Assembly (NCBI RefSeq): GCF_963921235.1
Contig: NC_086107.1
Coordinates: 99,884,001 to 99,948,000, forward strand
DNA from: Mobula hypostoma
Taxonomy: Eukaryota
Direction of reading: 5' to 3'
Length of the DNA: 64,000 bases
Shown here: in pieces, positions 34,206-48,090 of the stretch
How the letters are laid out: every line of letters begins with the position of its first letter
Position numbering within the stretch: position 1 is the stretch's first letter
Program-made: the position numbers and the translations under genes
The notes under the pieces: generated by a model
Told to the model about the DNA's origin: nothing
The model's database searches: none
Seen by the model: the letters and a program-made list of their open reading frames with translations, nothing else

Positions 34206-37115
34206 TTAGAAACATAGAAAACCTACAGCACAATACAGGCCCTTCGGCCCACAATGCTGTGCCAAACAAGTACTTACTTCAGAAATTACCTTGGGTTACC
34301 CATAGCCCTCTATTTTTCTGAGCTCCATGTACCTATCCAGGAGTCTCTTAAAAGACCCTATCGTATCCGTCTCCACCACCGTCGCCGGCAGCCCATTCCA
34401 TGCACTCGCCATACTCTGCGTAAAAAACTTACCCCTGTCATCTCCTCTGTACCTCCTTCCAAGCACCTTAAAACTGTGCCCTCTCGTGTTAACCATTTCA
34501 GCCCTGGGAAAAAGCCTCTGATTGTCCACACGATCAATGCCTCTCATCATCTTATACACCTCTATCAGGTCACCTCTCATCCTCTGTCGCTCCAAGGAGA
34601 AAAGGCCGAGTTCACTCAACCTATTCTCATAAGGCACGCTCCCCAATCCAGGCAACATCCTTGTGAATCTCATCTGCACCCTTTCTACGGTTTCCATATC
34701 CTTCCTGTAGTGAGGTGAACAGAACTGAGCACTGTACTCTAAGTGGGGTCTGACCAGGGTCCTATATAGCTGTAACATTACCTCTCGGCTCTTAAACTCA
34801 ATCCCATGATTGAATGTCCTATGCACTCAGACCCTAAGATCCCTCTGATCCTCCACACTGCCAAGAGTCTTACTATTAATACTATATTCTGCCATCATAT
34901 TTGACCTACCAAAATGAACCACCTCACACTTACACGAGGAAATCTGCAGATACTGGAAATTCAAGCAACACACACAAAAAATGCTGGTGAATGCAGCAGG
35001 CCAGGCAACATCTATAGGAAGAGGTACAGTCGATGTTTTGGGCTGGGACCCTTCGTCAGGACTAACTGAAAGAAGAGATAGTAAGAGATTTGAAAGTGGG
35101 AGGGGGAGGGGGAGAACTGAAAGAAGAGATAGTAAGAGTCCCAGCAATGCCTGCCTTTTTGTCGGCTTTGTGGAACAATCCATGTTCCAAGCCTATACTG
35201 GTATCTGTCCCCCTCTTTTCCCTCGCTACATCGACAACTGCATTGGCGCTGCTTTCTGCACGCATGCTGAGCTCATTGACTTCACTAACTTTGCCTCAAC
35301 TATCACCCTGCCCTCAAGTTTACCTGGTCCATTTCCAACACCTCCCTCCCCTTTCTAGATCTTTCTGTCTCTGTCTCTGAAGACAGCTTATCTACTGATG
35401 TCTATTATAAGCCTATGGACTCTCACAGCTACCTGGACTATTCCTCTTCCCACCCTGTCTTTTGCAAAAATGCCATCTCCTTCTCTCAATTCCTCCTTCT
35501 CCGCCGCATCTGCTCTCAAGATGAGGCTTTTCATTCCAGGACGAAGGAGATGTCTTCCTTTTTTAAAGAAAGAGGCTTCCCTTCTTCCACCATCAACTCT
35601 GCTCTCAAACGCATCTCTCCCATTTCACACACATCTGCTCTCACCCCATCCTCCCACCACCTCACTAGGAATAGGGTTCCCCTGGTCCTCACCTACCACC
35701 CCACCAACCTCCGGGTCCAACATATTATTCTCCGTAACTTCCGCCACCTCCAACGGGATCCCACAACTAAGCACATCTTACCGCCCACCCCCCCGCTTTC
35801 CGCAGGGATTGCTCCCTATGCGACTCCCTTGTCCATTCATTCCCCCCAATCCCTTCCCACCGAACTCCCTCCCGGCACTTATCCTTGTAAGCGGAACAAG
35901 TGCTACACATGCCCTTACACTTCCTCCCCCACCGCCATTCAGGGCCCCAGACAGTCCTTCCAGGTGAGGCGACACTTCACCTGTGAGTCGGCTGGGGTGA
36001 TATACTGCGTCCGGTGCTCCCGATGTGGCCTTCTATATATTGGCGAGACCCGACGCAGACTGGGAGATCGTTTCGCTGAACACCTACGCTCTGTCCGCCA
36101 GAGAAAGCAGGATCTCCCAGTGGCCACACATTTTAATTCCATGTCCCATTCCCATTCTGATATGTCTATCCACGGCCTCCTCTACTGTCAAGATGAAGCC
36201 ACACTCAGGTTGGAGGAACAACACCTTATATTCCGTCTGGGTAGCCTCCAACCTGATGGCATGAACATTGACTTCTCTAACTTCCGTTAATGCCCCACCT
36301 CCCCCTCGTACTCCATCCCTTATTTATTTATTTAATATATATTTTATATATTTTTGTTCCCCCCCCTTTTTTTCTCTTGCTCTCTCTTTTTTCTCCCTAT
36401 GTCCCTCTCACTATAACTCTTTGCCTGCTCTCCACCCTCTGGGCTCCCCTCCCCCCTTCTCTTTTTCCCCAGGCTTCCCGTCCCATGATTCTTTCCCTTC
36501 TCCAGCCTGGTATCCCTTTTGCCAATCAACTGTCCAGCTCTTGGCTCCATCCCTCCCCCTCCTGTCTTCTCCTATCATTTTGGATCTCCCCTCCCCTTCC
36601 CACTTTCGAATCTCTTACTATCTCTTCTTTCAGTTAGTCCTGACGAAGGGTCCCGGTCCAAAATGTCGACTGTACCTCTTCCTATAGATGCTGCCTGGCC
36701 TGCTGCATTCACCAGCATTTTTTGTGTGTGTCACCTCACACTTATCTGGGTTGACCTCCATCTGCCACTTCTCAGCCCAGTTTTGCATCTTATCACTGTT
36801 CCGCTGTAACCTCTGACAGCCCTCCACACAATCCTCAACACCCCCAACCTTTGTGTCATCAGCAGATTTATTAACCTATCCCTCCACTTCCTCATCCAGG
36901 TCATTTATAAAAATCACAAAGAGTAAGGGTCCCAGGACAGATCCCTGAGGCACTCCACTGGTGACCGACCTCCATACAGAATATGACCTCTTCTACAACC
37001 ACTCTTTGCCTCCTGTGGGCAAGCGAGTTCTGGATCCACAAAGCAATGTCCCCTCAGATCCCATGCCTCCTTACTTTCTCAATAAGCCTTGCATGGGGTA
37101 CCTTACCAAATGCCT
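34206..37115 (-). mobile_element. CR1 LINE 3' part, split by a Penelope insertion
   Basis: ORF 34296..34826 (LYRTLVRPHLEY...TRGHSFK); continues after 36732 (LQRNSDKMQNWAEKWQM). Confidence 0.9.
34933..36731 (+). mobile_element. Penelope-like retroelement (RT end plus GIY-YIG endonuclease) with inverted 5' pseudo-LTR
   Basis: ORF 35415..36290 contains GVIYCVRCSRCGLLYIGET...RFAEH...LQPDGMN; RYIDNC RT remnant upstream; 13-bp TSD cacctcacactta at 34920 and 36732. Confidence 0.93.
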
Positions 37116-39049
37116 GCGTTATTCCTGAGGCACCTTTTGCCAAAACTCCCCATTTTACAACTGCTCGGTGAAAAGTGAAACCCAGCAGACTGTAAAACCT
37201 GCAGCTCTCTGGAATCCCTCCAGGCAGTGTTTGCTGTCCGAAACACTGGGAGAAGCTTCAACAGTTACTTCTGGTGGGAAGGTGGATAAGAATCAACCCA
37301 AAGAGATGAATAAACGCTTCTCGGGCTTCAGGCCAGCGTTTTGATGACAAACTCTGCCATCTTTTTAACTTGAAGCCAGAACTGGGTGAATTAGGCAGCT
37401 CGTTCAAAGAGATGTCCCAGGCAAGATGGTTCAATGTCTTCCTTCAGCGTTGGCTGAAGTTGTTGTACCCTTAGTTCTGAGCGAAAAAGTAGTTCAATCC
37501 CCACTCTCAGACCACAGGGTAGTCTGATGTTTCAGAGCAGTACGGAGGGATGTGCTGGCATTCAAATGAGACATTAAGTCAAGGCCACACCTTTTTCTCA
37601 GGTGGCAATAAAAGGGGAGGGATATTCTTTTTGGTGACCTGGCTAACATTTACTCCTATATTAACATCACTAAAACCTTATGATAGGCCATTGAACATCA
37701 AAGTCAAGTTTATAGTCATATGCACAAGTATAAAGAACATAGAACGGTACAGTATATGCCCGCTGGTCTATGATGTTGTGCCAATTTTTCAACCTACTTC
37801 AAGATCAACACACAGAAGCTGCTTGAGGAACTCAGCAGGTCAGGCAGCATCAATGGAAAAGAGTAAACATTTGACGTTTAGGGCCAAGACCTTTCTTCAG
37901 AACTGGAAAGGAAGGGGGAAGATGCCTGGGTGAAAATGTGGGGACAGGGGAAGGAGGCTAGCTAGTGACTCCAACCAACATTGCAATTGCCTCCCTGGGA
38001 AATGTGTGCACAGGCACAATTGCAGCAGCTCACATGCACAAAACATCAAGTACGCAGCATTCACAAGGAAACGTAACTTATATACAACTTTAACAAGAAA
38101 GAACACAATTAGAACAAACAAAAAGGCCACAGTAGGACATTAACTCTATTCATTATAAACACAAGAAATTCTGCAGATGCTGGAAATCCAAAGCAACACA
38201 CAACAAAATGCTGGAGGAACTCGGCAAGTCAGGCAGCATCCTTAGAAATGAACAAGTAGTCAACATTTCGGGCCAAGACCCTTCACCCCTGAAGATGGTT
38301 CTCAGCCCAAGACATCGACTGTTTATTCATTTTCATGGATGCTGCCTGCTCTGCTGAGTTCCTCCAGCATTTTGTATGTGTTGCTTTGCATTTCCAATAT
38401 CTTCTTTTGTTATGCCACTCAAAATAGATCATCTCATCATTGTCCTGTTGCTATTTCTGAAACGGTACTAAGTCCAAAACCAGCTGATATATATCCTGCG
38501 ATGCAATAATCCTTCAAGAATAGTTTTCAACCTTGTATACCACCTACTTAACACCCTCATTTACTGTTGACACTCTTGCAAAAGTCGTCTTCCCAAGTAG
38601 CTCCCCAAAATCACTGGCGCTCTCCGCACCCGATTATGGACCCTTATATTGCACCACCCAAGTTACCCATCTTCCTCCATGCATAGACAATCCCCACACG
38701 CTCCAACCCATTCTCAACAAGACCTCTGCGGTAATGATGGGGGCGGCACTGTCAGGGAGGGGAGCCAGTCAGATGCAACACCAGCCTTGACTCTGTGCAC
38801 GCCGGGAGCGTTCAGCAACCCAGTCTCCCCGTGTACCGTCCTGCAGAGCCGTCATCCTGTTCAGTAAAGAGGTGGCACTGGCTCTTGATTCTGCTTGAAC
38901 CTTTCAAGATTGCTTAATGTCATTTCCAGATCATAAGTGTGTGGCGCGTGGCCAAGTTGTTAGGGCATTGGACTAGCGATCTGAAGATCGTGGGTTCGAG
39001 CCTCGGTGTGTGTCCTTGAGCAAGGCACTTAACTACAGAATGCTCCAGT

Positions 39050-39580
39050 CTCCCCACCCACTCACGCTCAATGGCTGAGTGATATTATGTCCTGTTTAGA
39101 CCTTGAAAAGATGCGTTATTCACTTCTTAATTCGGACATAAAGTTTCATAAGGTGTGGGGAGCTTTTCTGGGGGTTAACTCCTCTTTAGGTTAAGTTGAT
39201 CTTTTTTTTTTGTATGCTACAATCCCTTACTTTCAGCTTTTTTTCCCTGTAAGTTTTACAGTTTTTTGTTGTGAATTACATTATAGTTTTGGTAGTCAGC
39301 ATTATATTTTCTTTTTTCTTATAAATATTTACAGCTCTGTGGGGTTGAATGCTCCGATTAATTTTTTTTCTTTTATACACAGAAATGGTTGGTCTGGGTT
39401 TTTTTTTAAGTGGGAGGTTGGGGTGGATTCTAATCTTACGTGATTTTATGTTAGGTGCTTTTTTTTATTGTTATGAATTGTATATTGGACATGTTTGTTT
39501 TGCACTGTAAAAATCTCCATTTTGTTGATGATTTTTTTTTCTGTAGCTCTATTGTAGAAATGCATAAAAAAAATTAATTT
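39050..39580 (+). mobile_element. L1-type 3' fragment inserted in a tRNA-SINE (about 38943-39770)
   Basis: QWLSDIMSCLDLEKMRY ORF2 C-terminal remnant, T-rich UTR and A tail; SINE head lies before and SINE body resumes after. Confidence 0.65.
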
Positions 39581-40230
39581 TTAAGAAAAACAGTGCTCCA
39601 GCTGAGAATGGGTACCGGCAAAAATGCTGGGGGTTAACCCCGTGATAGACTGGCGTCCTATCTTGGCGGGGGGGGGCTGGCGGGGGAGTTTCGTACTCTC
39701 AGTCTCTTCACTCCACGGAAACCGGCATAAACACCGGCCTGATGGGCCACAAGGCTCGTGACAGACTTTAATCTTAATCAGAACATAATTGTAAAGGAGA
39801 ACAAAATAATTCTTACTCCAAAGCAGCACAAAAAAACATAGTGAAATTAAAAAATGCAATAATAAAAAACAGAATAAACATGAATTCAAAAGATAGCCTA
39901 CTGTATATAGATAGATTGATTATATGCCCATAAAGTGACACTAGACACAGGAGCTTTTATACATAAGGTGACTCTGACAGGAAGTGATAAAGTCGTGGTG
40001 GTGAGGGGTGTGCTGGGGTGGGTTAGTGGGTGGAGGTACTGATCAGCTTTACTACTTGCCAGCCAATCAAAGCACTTCATGAAGATTGACGAGTGTGCCT
40101 CCCGGCGGTGGTCGCTTAGTTCTGAAGATGTAGATTTCTTTGGTACCGGGATGGTGGCGGCTGATTTGAAGCACGTGGGGACAGCAGCCTGGATGAGTGG
40201 AAGTGCTGAAGGTGTCCGTGAGCCGCTGTG

Positions 40231-40452
40231 TGTGGTAAACCATGTATATATGTTGTAACTGGGTAACCTGTCTGGACACGCCCCTCTGCTGACTGCTCCT
40301 GTGGTTCCTCCCACAGACCCCTGAATAAAGGCGATTGTGCCACTGCTCCTCCTCTCAGTCCAGGGCATGGACGAGGTCCCATTTTACTGTTAATAAAAGC
40401 CTTTCAGTATTTACTCTACTTCCAGTCTTTTAGAGTAATCGATAGTGCATCA
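40231..40452 (+). mobile_element. Solo LTR (222 bp)
   Basis: TG...CA termini, 5-bp TSD CTGTG, internal AATAAA; inserted in a Rex/Babar fragment. Confidence 0.8.
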
Positions 40453-41101
40453 CTGTGCACACCGTCTTCTTCGTTTTCCTCTCCCTCCGTCATTCCAAAG
40501 GTCCAAAGCACTGAGTGAAGAGATTTCTCCTCTAGTCTGTGTAGAGATCTCTTCAGTCAGAGAGCAGTGAGTCTTTGGGGATATTCTGCACCCTGTTGGG
40601 CTGCGGAGGCTCAGTGATTAGGTTTCAGGAGATTAAAGGAATAGAGGGCTCAGGGGAAAGGGCAGGAAAGTGGTGTGGAGGTACAAAATCAGCCATGGTG
40701 AATTGATGTTGCAGAGTTGAACCTCCTCCCTCTCTTTTAATTGGTTTATTTATTGGCACGTGTACCAAGATATAGTGAAAAGCTTTGTTTTGAATGCCAT
40801 CCAGACAGATCACTGTGAATAAAAGACAGCACAAAAGAACGTAAGAAATAGGATCAGGAGTCGGCCATCTGGCCCACTGGGCCTGCTCTGCTATTCGATA
40901 AGATCATGGTTGATCTGACCATCGACTCATCTCCACCTACCTGCCTTTTCCCCTACTCTGGGAAATTCCCTTACTATGCAAAAGTCTATCCAACTTTGTC
41001 TTAAATATATTTACTGAGGTACCCTCCACTGCTTCATTGGGCAGAGAATTCCACAGATTCACCCCTCTTTGGGAAAAGCAGTTTCTCCTTATCTCCATCC
41101 T

Positions 41102-42402
41102 TGTCATAGAGCAGTGGCTAGGAACGGACCCAAGTGCAAGACACAGACACTGAAGTACTAGGGACTGGACTAGGATACAGAGCGAGGGCAAGGTCATGGA
41201 CACGAAAACTGGGAACCCGGAACAGGACTGGACAAGAGAGCTAGGAGCCCGGGCTTTTGGACTCTGAGCCAGAGACTGGACAAGGACCCAGAACCTGGGT
41301 CTTGCCTCTGGTTCAGACCCCAGAACCAGGCAAGGACGAGGCTGGAGTCTTCAGGCTTGAGGCTAGGCAGGAGGCTGGAGTCTTCAGGCTTCAGGCGAGG
41401 CTTGGCAGGAGGCTGGAAACGAGACGAGGCAAGGCTTGGCAGGAGGCTGGAAACTTGAGACGAGGCAAGGCTTGGCAGGAGGCTGGAGACTGGAGGCAGG
41501 AGACTTGAGGCGAGGCGAGTCGAGGCTGGAGGCAGGAGACTTGAGGTGAGGCAAGGCTGGAGGCTGGAGTCTTCAGGCTTGAGGCTAGAGGCGAGGCTTG
41601 GCAGGAGGCAGGAAACTGGAGTCTTCAGGCTTGAGGCTAGATGCTAGAGATGTGAGGCAAGGCTTGGCAGGAGGCAGGAGGCTGGAGGCTGGAGTCTTCA
41701 GCAGGAGGCCGGAGTCTTCCGGCCTGGGGCTAGGCAGGAGGCCGGAGTCTTCCGGCCTGGGGCTAGGCAGGAGGCCGGAGTCTTCAGGCTTGAGGCTAGG
41801 CAGGCTCCTCCTGGGCAGGGCGTGGTTCACCTGGGCAGGGCGCGGTACTCCTGGGCAGGGTGCGGATCACCACCCCACCGAGGCATGGAACAAGAAGGGA
41901 CAGAACCAACCACAGGTAATGGCAAGACGGCCTGGCTTACCCGACGGAGGCAAGGGACAGGAAGGGACAGAACCAACCGCAGGTAATGGCAAGACTGGCT
42001 TACCTGGGCAGAGGCAAGGGACAGGAAGGGAGCTAGGTACAGGGTGGCTCCAGGACAAGACTGCAGGCGAGATGAGGTGAGAGTTACCAGCACGACAAGG
42101 CAAGGCTTCAGGCAATGCAAGGGTGAGACAAGAACTTCAGGTGAGGCGAGAGTTACCGGCAAGACAAGGCAGGGCTTCAGGCCAGGAAACAGAAGGCAGA
42201 AGAAGGGATACAGGGAGTAAGGACAAGAACAATCCAGCAGCCACGCCCTGGTCTCTGAAGGTATTAATGCAGTCAGCCCCAACGAGCTGCCTCAATTAGA
42301 GCTCAACAAGAACAGAAACAGGGTAGACAGGAAAACCAGGAGCAAGGGTCAATGGACTGGACTGTGAACCGGAATACGGAGTTCACGGACCAGACCATGA
42401 CA
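41102..42402. mobile_element. Solo LTR-like element (1.3 kb) with internal tandem repeats
   Basis: TGTCAT...ATGACA termini and 5-bp TSD ATCCT; splits a CR1 fragment (about 40835-42680). Confidence 0.8.
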
Positions 42403-44814
42403 ATCCTAAATTTACTCCCCCAAACCTTGAGGCTATGTCCCCTAGTTCTAATCTCACCTACCAGTGGAAACAACTTTCCTGCCTCTGTCTTATTTATCCC
42501 TTTCAGAATTGTATATGTTTCTATTAGATCTCCTTTCACCCTTCTGAATTCCAGTGAGTACAGTCCCAGGCAGCTCAATCTCTCCTCGTGGTCCAACCCT
42601 CTCATCTCTAGAATCAACCTAGTAAACCTCCTCTACACTACCTCCAAAGCCAGTATATCCTTCCTCAAGTAAGGAGACCATTCTCGCTTCCCTCTTACTT
42701 CTCTTCTTCTTACCTGTCTAAAACCTCCCTCTAGTGCCCCTCCTCCTTCTCTTTCTCCTCTCCTATCAGATTCCTTTCATCTTCAGCCATTTACCTTTTC
42801 CACCTATCACTTCCCAGCTTCTCACTTCATTCCCCCACCCCGACCCACCTATCACCTTCCACCCTGAACTCCTTCCCCCGCCCCCCCCATACCACCTAAT
42901 TCTGGGTTCTACCCCCCTCCTTTCCAGTTCCGATGAAAAGCTCTTGGACCAAAAGGCCAACACTTTATTCATTTCCACAGATGCTGCCTGACCTGCTGAG
43001 TTCCTCCAGCATTTTGTATGTGTCACTGCAGAATATAGCGTCACAATTACAGAAAAAGATGCTGTAAAGGTAGACAATAAGGTATGTGAGGTCACGATGA
43101 AGTGATTTGAGTGATCGGGAGTTCATTTCTGTCGTACAAGAGGGCTTTGCTTTCACTTCTAAAGTACTTTGTAAAGCCCATTCAGTTCTCTATAAACAGT
43201 CATATTTCCTGTCTCTGCCATAAGGCGAGCTTACAACTGCTAGGTTCTTAATGGGTTAATGACAAATGAGTGCTTCTGGAGGGTAGCACTGTGTCTTTTG
43301 CTTTATATGTGGAAAATTGACCTTCTAGGACCTTCTGGCATATCCTCTATCCTACCAGGCTGAATCATGGTTATTGCTACTGAGTTCCTCTTCCCCTTCA
43401 TTTCATGCTGAGACCGGTTTTGGAGAACTGCCAGGCTGTTGTCCCTTCAAAGTGACTCAACCATGGGGAGAGAGGTTTGTACCTCATGCACATGCCTGAT
43501 GCTGGCTTGGTGCCCACAGTCCCCTGATGTCCTGTGACTACTGAAGAAGTCGGGAAGAGATGAGTAATGCTTCAGTTTTATCGCTGACTCACCTCTGGCT
43601 CTCCCCACCAAACCGACAAAGGATTCCAACCCAAGGCACACTGGACACGTTGCACGTCTAATGAACTCGCCCTGTGGTTACGCGTATAATGAACTCGCCC
43701 TGTGAGAGCACTGCCTTGCTGGCCTTTGAATTACAAACAGAAGCAAGGGTTTATTTACCAAAGTGCCGCTGCTCCCATCATGGTACAATGAACCATGTAC
43801 GTTCTGGTGGTGCCTTTTTGACCCTTCAAATTATTCATTTCCAATTTCATAATCCCTCCAAGAGGATCACAACCTTGTCATTAGATTTAGAGGCTTGCGA
43901 GCCTCAAAACCCCAGGGAGCCATGTTGGCTGGAGTCAGGGCTTTTCGTCTTGGCTCTTGGTGGGGTCACCCATGCCAAACAGGTCAAAGGGTTAAAGGTC
44001 AGACTAAGAGTGGACCACTGCTCCGCCAGTTCAGGGGGTGGGGGTGGGGCTAACAACCCTGACTGGCAAAACAAACTGTTACAGAAACAGCAATGAAAAA
44101 TTCTTCTACATCTGAGTGTGACAGTATTCCTGAGTCTCCACCTGGGACTCACATGACTGACAGGAGTGAAAACCGAGAGGAAGCTACTGACACGACGAAG
44201 GAAGCCCTGAACATCACCAGGGACGGCAAACCTTCATTGCTGCCCTAAACACCAGCGGCGTAATGGGCAGTAAGTCATTTCATTATTAGGCACATTTCCT
44301 CAGGTTTGAACAAATTTTCAGCAAATGTACCTGCTTGTTTCAATAAATGACCTCAAAGGAAATGGAACTGATAAAAAGATAGAAGGTTCAGCCACTGCAC
44401 CTGCCATCGGTTTCATTTTCCACTAGATACGTGGAAAATTAAACCAATGGTGAGTGCAGTGGCTGAAAGCTCTGGCAGGCACGGCACACATCGAGCGGCG
44501 TATTGAATGGGACAGCTCACTAACGATTGGTAGTGTGGGCATGGGGCAGGCAGGAGGTTCTCATTTCTCAGACAGTCCCCTGGGATGACACTTCTACTCC
44601 AGTTCTAGGCAGTGGAAGATGCCTGGGTGTGAATACCGGCAACTCTGGGTGACTGTTCCACACCTGACTGGCTGCATCACTGCCTGGTACGGGAACTGTA
44701 CTTCCCTCGATCGCAGGACTCTGCAGAGAGTGGTGCCAGGCGGGCGGCTGGTGAATCCCAGTTCAAGATTTCCCAGCTTGATTCATCTTGTAGAAGGGGG
44801 AACAGCTTGTTAGG

Positions 44815-46470
44815 TGCTGGGGATTAGAGCAAGTGGGCCATTATTCTGGTGGGGTTGGAAAGAATGGGACTTTATTCTAGTGGGGTCAGAGCGAGCGGGA
44901 TATTATTCTAGTCGGGTTAGAGCGAGTGGGACGTTATCCTACTGGGGTCAGAGCGAGCGGGACGTTATTCTAGTGGGGTCAGAGCGAGCAGGACGTTATT
45001 CTAGTGGGGTCAGAGCGAATAGGACATTATTCTAGTGGGGTCAGAGCGAATGGGACATTATTCTAGTCGGGTTAGAGCAAGTGGGACGTTATCCTACTGG
45101 GGTCAGAGCAAGCGGGACATTATTCTAGTGGGGTCAGAGCGAGCGGGACGTTATCCTAGTGGGGTCAGAGCGAGTGGGACCTTATTCTAGTGGGGTTAGA
45201 GCGGACGGGACGTTATTCTAGTGGGGTTAGAGCGAATGGGACGTTATCCTAGTGGGGTTAGAGCGAGCGGGACGTTATTCTAGTGAGGTTAGAGCAGACG
45301 GGACGTTATTCTAGTGGGGTTAGAGCAAACGGGACGTTATTCTAGTCGGGTTAGAGTGGACGGGACGTTATTCTAGTGGAGTTAGAGGGAGCAGGACGTT
45401 ACTTTAGTGGGGTCAGAGCGAGTGGGACATTATTCTAGTGGGGTCAGAGCGAGTGGGACGTTATTCTAGTGGGGTTAGAGCGAATGGGACATTATTCTAG
45501 TGGGGTTAGAGCGAATGGGACGTTATCCTAGTGGGGTTAGAGTGAGCGGGACATTATTCTAGTGGGGTTAGAGCAAGTGGGACATTATTCTAGTGGGGTT
45601 AGAGCGAGTGGGACGTTATCCTACTGGGGTCAGAGCGAGCGGGACATTATTCTAGTGGGGTCAGAGCGAATGGGACATTATTCTAGTCGAGTTAGAGCAA
45701 GTGGGACGTTATTCTAGTGTGGTCAGAGCGAGTGGGACGTTATCCTAGTGGGGTCAGAGCGAGCGGGACCTTATTCTAGTGGGGTTAGAGCGGACGGGAC
45801 GTTATTTTAGTGGGGTTAGAGCGAATGGGACGTTATCCTAGTGGGGTTAGAGCGAGCATGGGGTTAGAGCGAGCAGGACGTTATTCTAGTGAGGTTAGAG
45901 CAGACGGGACGTTATTCTAGTGGGGTTAGAGCAAACGGGACGTTATTCTAGTCGGGTTAGAGTGGACAGGACGTTATTCTAGTGGAGTTAGAGGGAGCAG
46001 GACGTTACTTTAGTGGGGTCAGAGCGAGTGGGACGTTATTCTAGTGGGGTTAGAGCAAATGGGACATTATTCTAGTGGGGTTAGAGCGAATGGGATGTTA
46101 TCCTAGTGGGGTTAGAGTGAGCGGGACATTATTCTAGTGGGGTTAGAGCGAGTGGGACATTATCCTAGTGGGGTTAGAGCGAGCAGGACATTATTCCAGT
46201 GGGGTCAGAGCGAGCGGGACGTTATTCTAGTGGGGTCAGAGTGAATGGGACGTTATTCTAATGGGGTTAGAGCGAGCGGGACGTTATTCTATTGGGGTTA
46301 GAGTGAGTGGGACATTATTCTGGTGGGGTTAGAGTGAGCGGGACATTATTCTAGTGGGGTTAGAGTGAGTGGGACATTATTCTAGTGGGGTTAGAGTGAG
46401 TGGGATGTTAGGTTGATGAGAGTTAGAGTGAGTGGGACAGTCTGATGGGTTAAAGTGAATGGGACAATAG
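44815..46470. repeat. 31-bp minisatellite (about 50 copies)
   Basis: Unit gggacgttattctagtggggt(t/c)agagcgagc. Confidence 0.97.
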
Positions 46471-47485
46471 TCTGGTGGAACAATTAGTGACTGACAGTCA
46501 CAGCAGGCCATTTTTCGGTCACGTCACATTTACCTGTCTCTTTACCAGTTTGCTGTGATCCTGTTGAAGCCCCAACCAGACCTATCAGGCAGACTATGCA
46601 TTGTTCAGCAAATATCAGTGGCACTGGGGAGGAGGGGGGAGGGGGGATGTGTCCATTTCCCATGCAACCACAGCCCGGGGATGTCAGCAGTAAAACCACA
46701 TCACTACTGCTGATCCTCTGTGAGCCCAAGGTCATCGTCTGCACAACAATTTGTTGGTAACGAAACCTATCATAATGGAAGGCTGTATTATAAATGCAAG
46801 TTCATTTTAACTTCAGGGTCTTCATAGGTTACAGTAGGGGTTTCATTCCTGTGAAGTGTTTGTAACCCAAAGTTTGAAATGCAGCCTGAAGATGCCTGCA
46901 GCATGCAGTAGTTGGCAAAGTCATCCCACCGAGCTCGCAGGCGCTAACTCATACGCACGGGCTTTTCATACGTCAAGCAGGGGAAGAGCTGAAATCAGAT
47001 TTTCTACATTTAAGGTGCCGTGGATAAGCATCACGTGTTTTTAGTTCTGCCTTCTTCTTCGTGGGGGTTCGTGTTTCTCAGCTAGTTAATCCAGTGACAT
47101 GAAAAATAATGCAGAAAGTTGAGTTCAGCTCTCACTGGGGCTTTTGGGGAAACAGGTTAAATCAGCTATTTCAGTTAAAATAGTCGTTTCACATGTCTCT
47201 TTTTTTGGGGAAGGAAGACCCTGTTCTGTGCTGAGCTGGCTCCCGTGTGACTCCAACTCCGAGTGGAAGCTTTCCTGCTGTTCTCTGTCTGAACTACACT
47301 TTCATATGCACAAGACCCAGTATGGATGTTTCTCTGAGGAAAGGAGCAGAGCCTGGAGAGGTGTGTTTAATGACTGCCTATCAAGATAGATGGTCGGTGG
47401 CCTGGGGTGCAATTCTTGGGACTTTAGTTAGTTATTTCTTTGGGAGAAATGATAGAATAGTTCATTCTGTTCTTTTCTTTTTTTT

Positions 47486-48090
47486 TATCTACAGCACATT
47501 ACAGACCCTTTGGCCCACAATGTTGTGCTGACCATGTAACCTACGCTAGAAACTGCCTAGAATTTCCCTACCGCATTGCCCTCTATTTTTCGAAGCTCCA
47601 TGTACCTACCCAAGAAGCTCGTCACCACCGCCGCCAGCAGTGCATCCCACCACTCTCTGTGTGAAAAACTTACCCCTGACATCTCCTCTGTACCTACTTC
47701 CAAGCACCTTAAAACTCGTGTTAGCCATTTCAGGCCTGGGAAAAAGCCTCTGGCCATCAACACAATCAATGCCCCTCATCACCTTATATATCTCTATCAG
47801 GTCGCCTCTCATCCTCTGTCACTTCAAGGAGAAAAGGCCGAGTTCTCTCAACCTATTCTCATAAGGTACGCCTTCCAATCCAGGCAACATCCTTGTAAAT
47901 CTCCTCTGCACTCTCTCTGTAGTATCCACATCCTTCCTGTAGTGAGGTGACCAGAACTGAACGCAGTACTCCAAGTGGGGTCTAACTAAGGTCTTATATA
48001 GCTGTAACATTACCTCATGGCTCTTGAACTCAATACTACGGTTGATGAAGGCCACACACCGTATGTCTTATTAACAACACTGTCAACAGT
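47486..48090 (-). mobile_element. CR1 3' fragment
   Basis: LYKTLVRPHLEYCVQFWSP. Confidence 0.88.
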
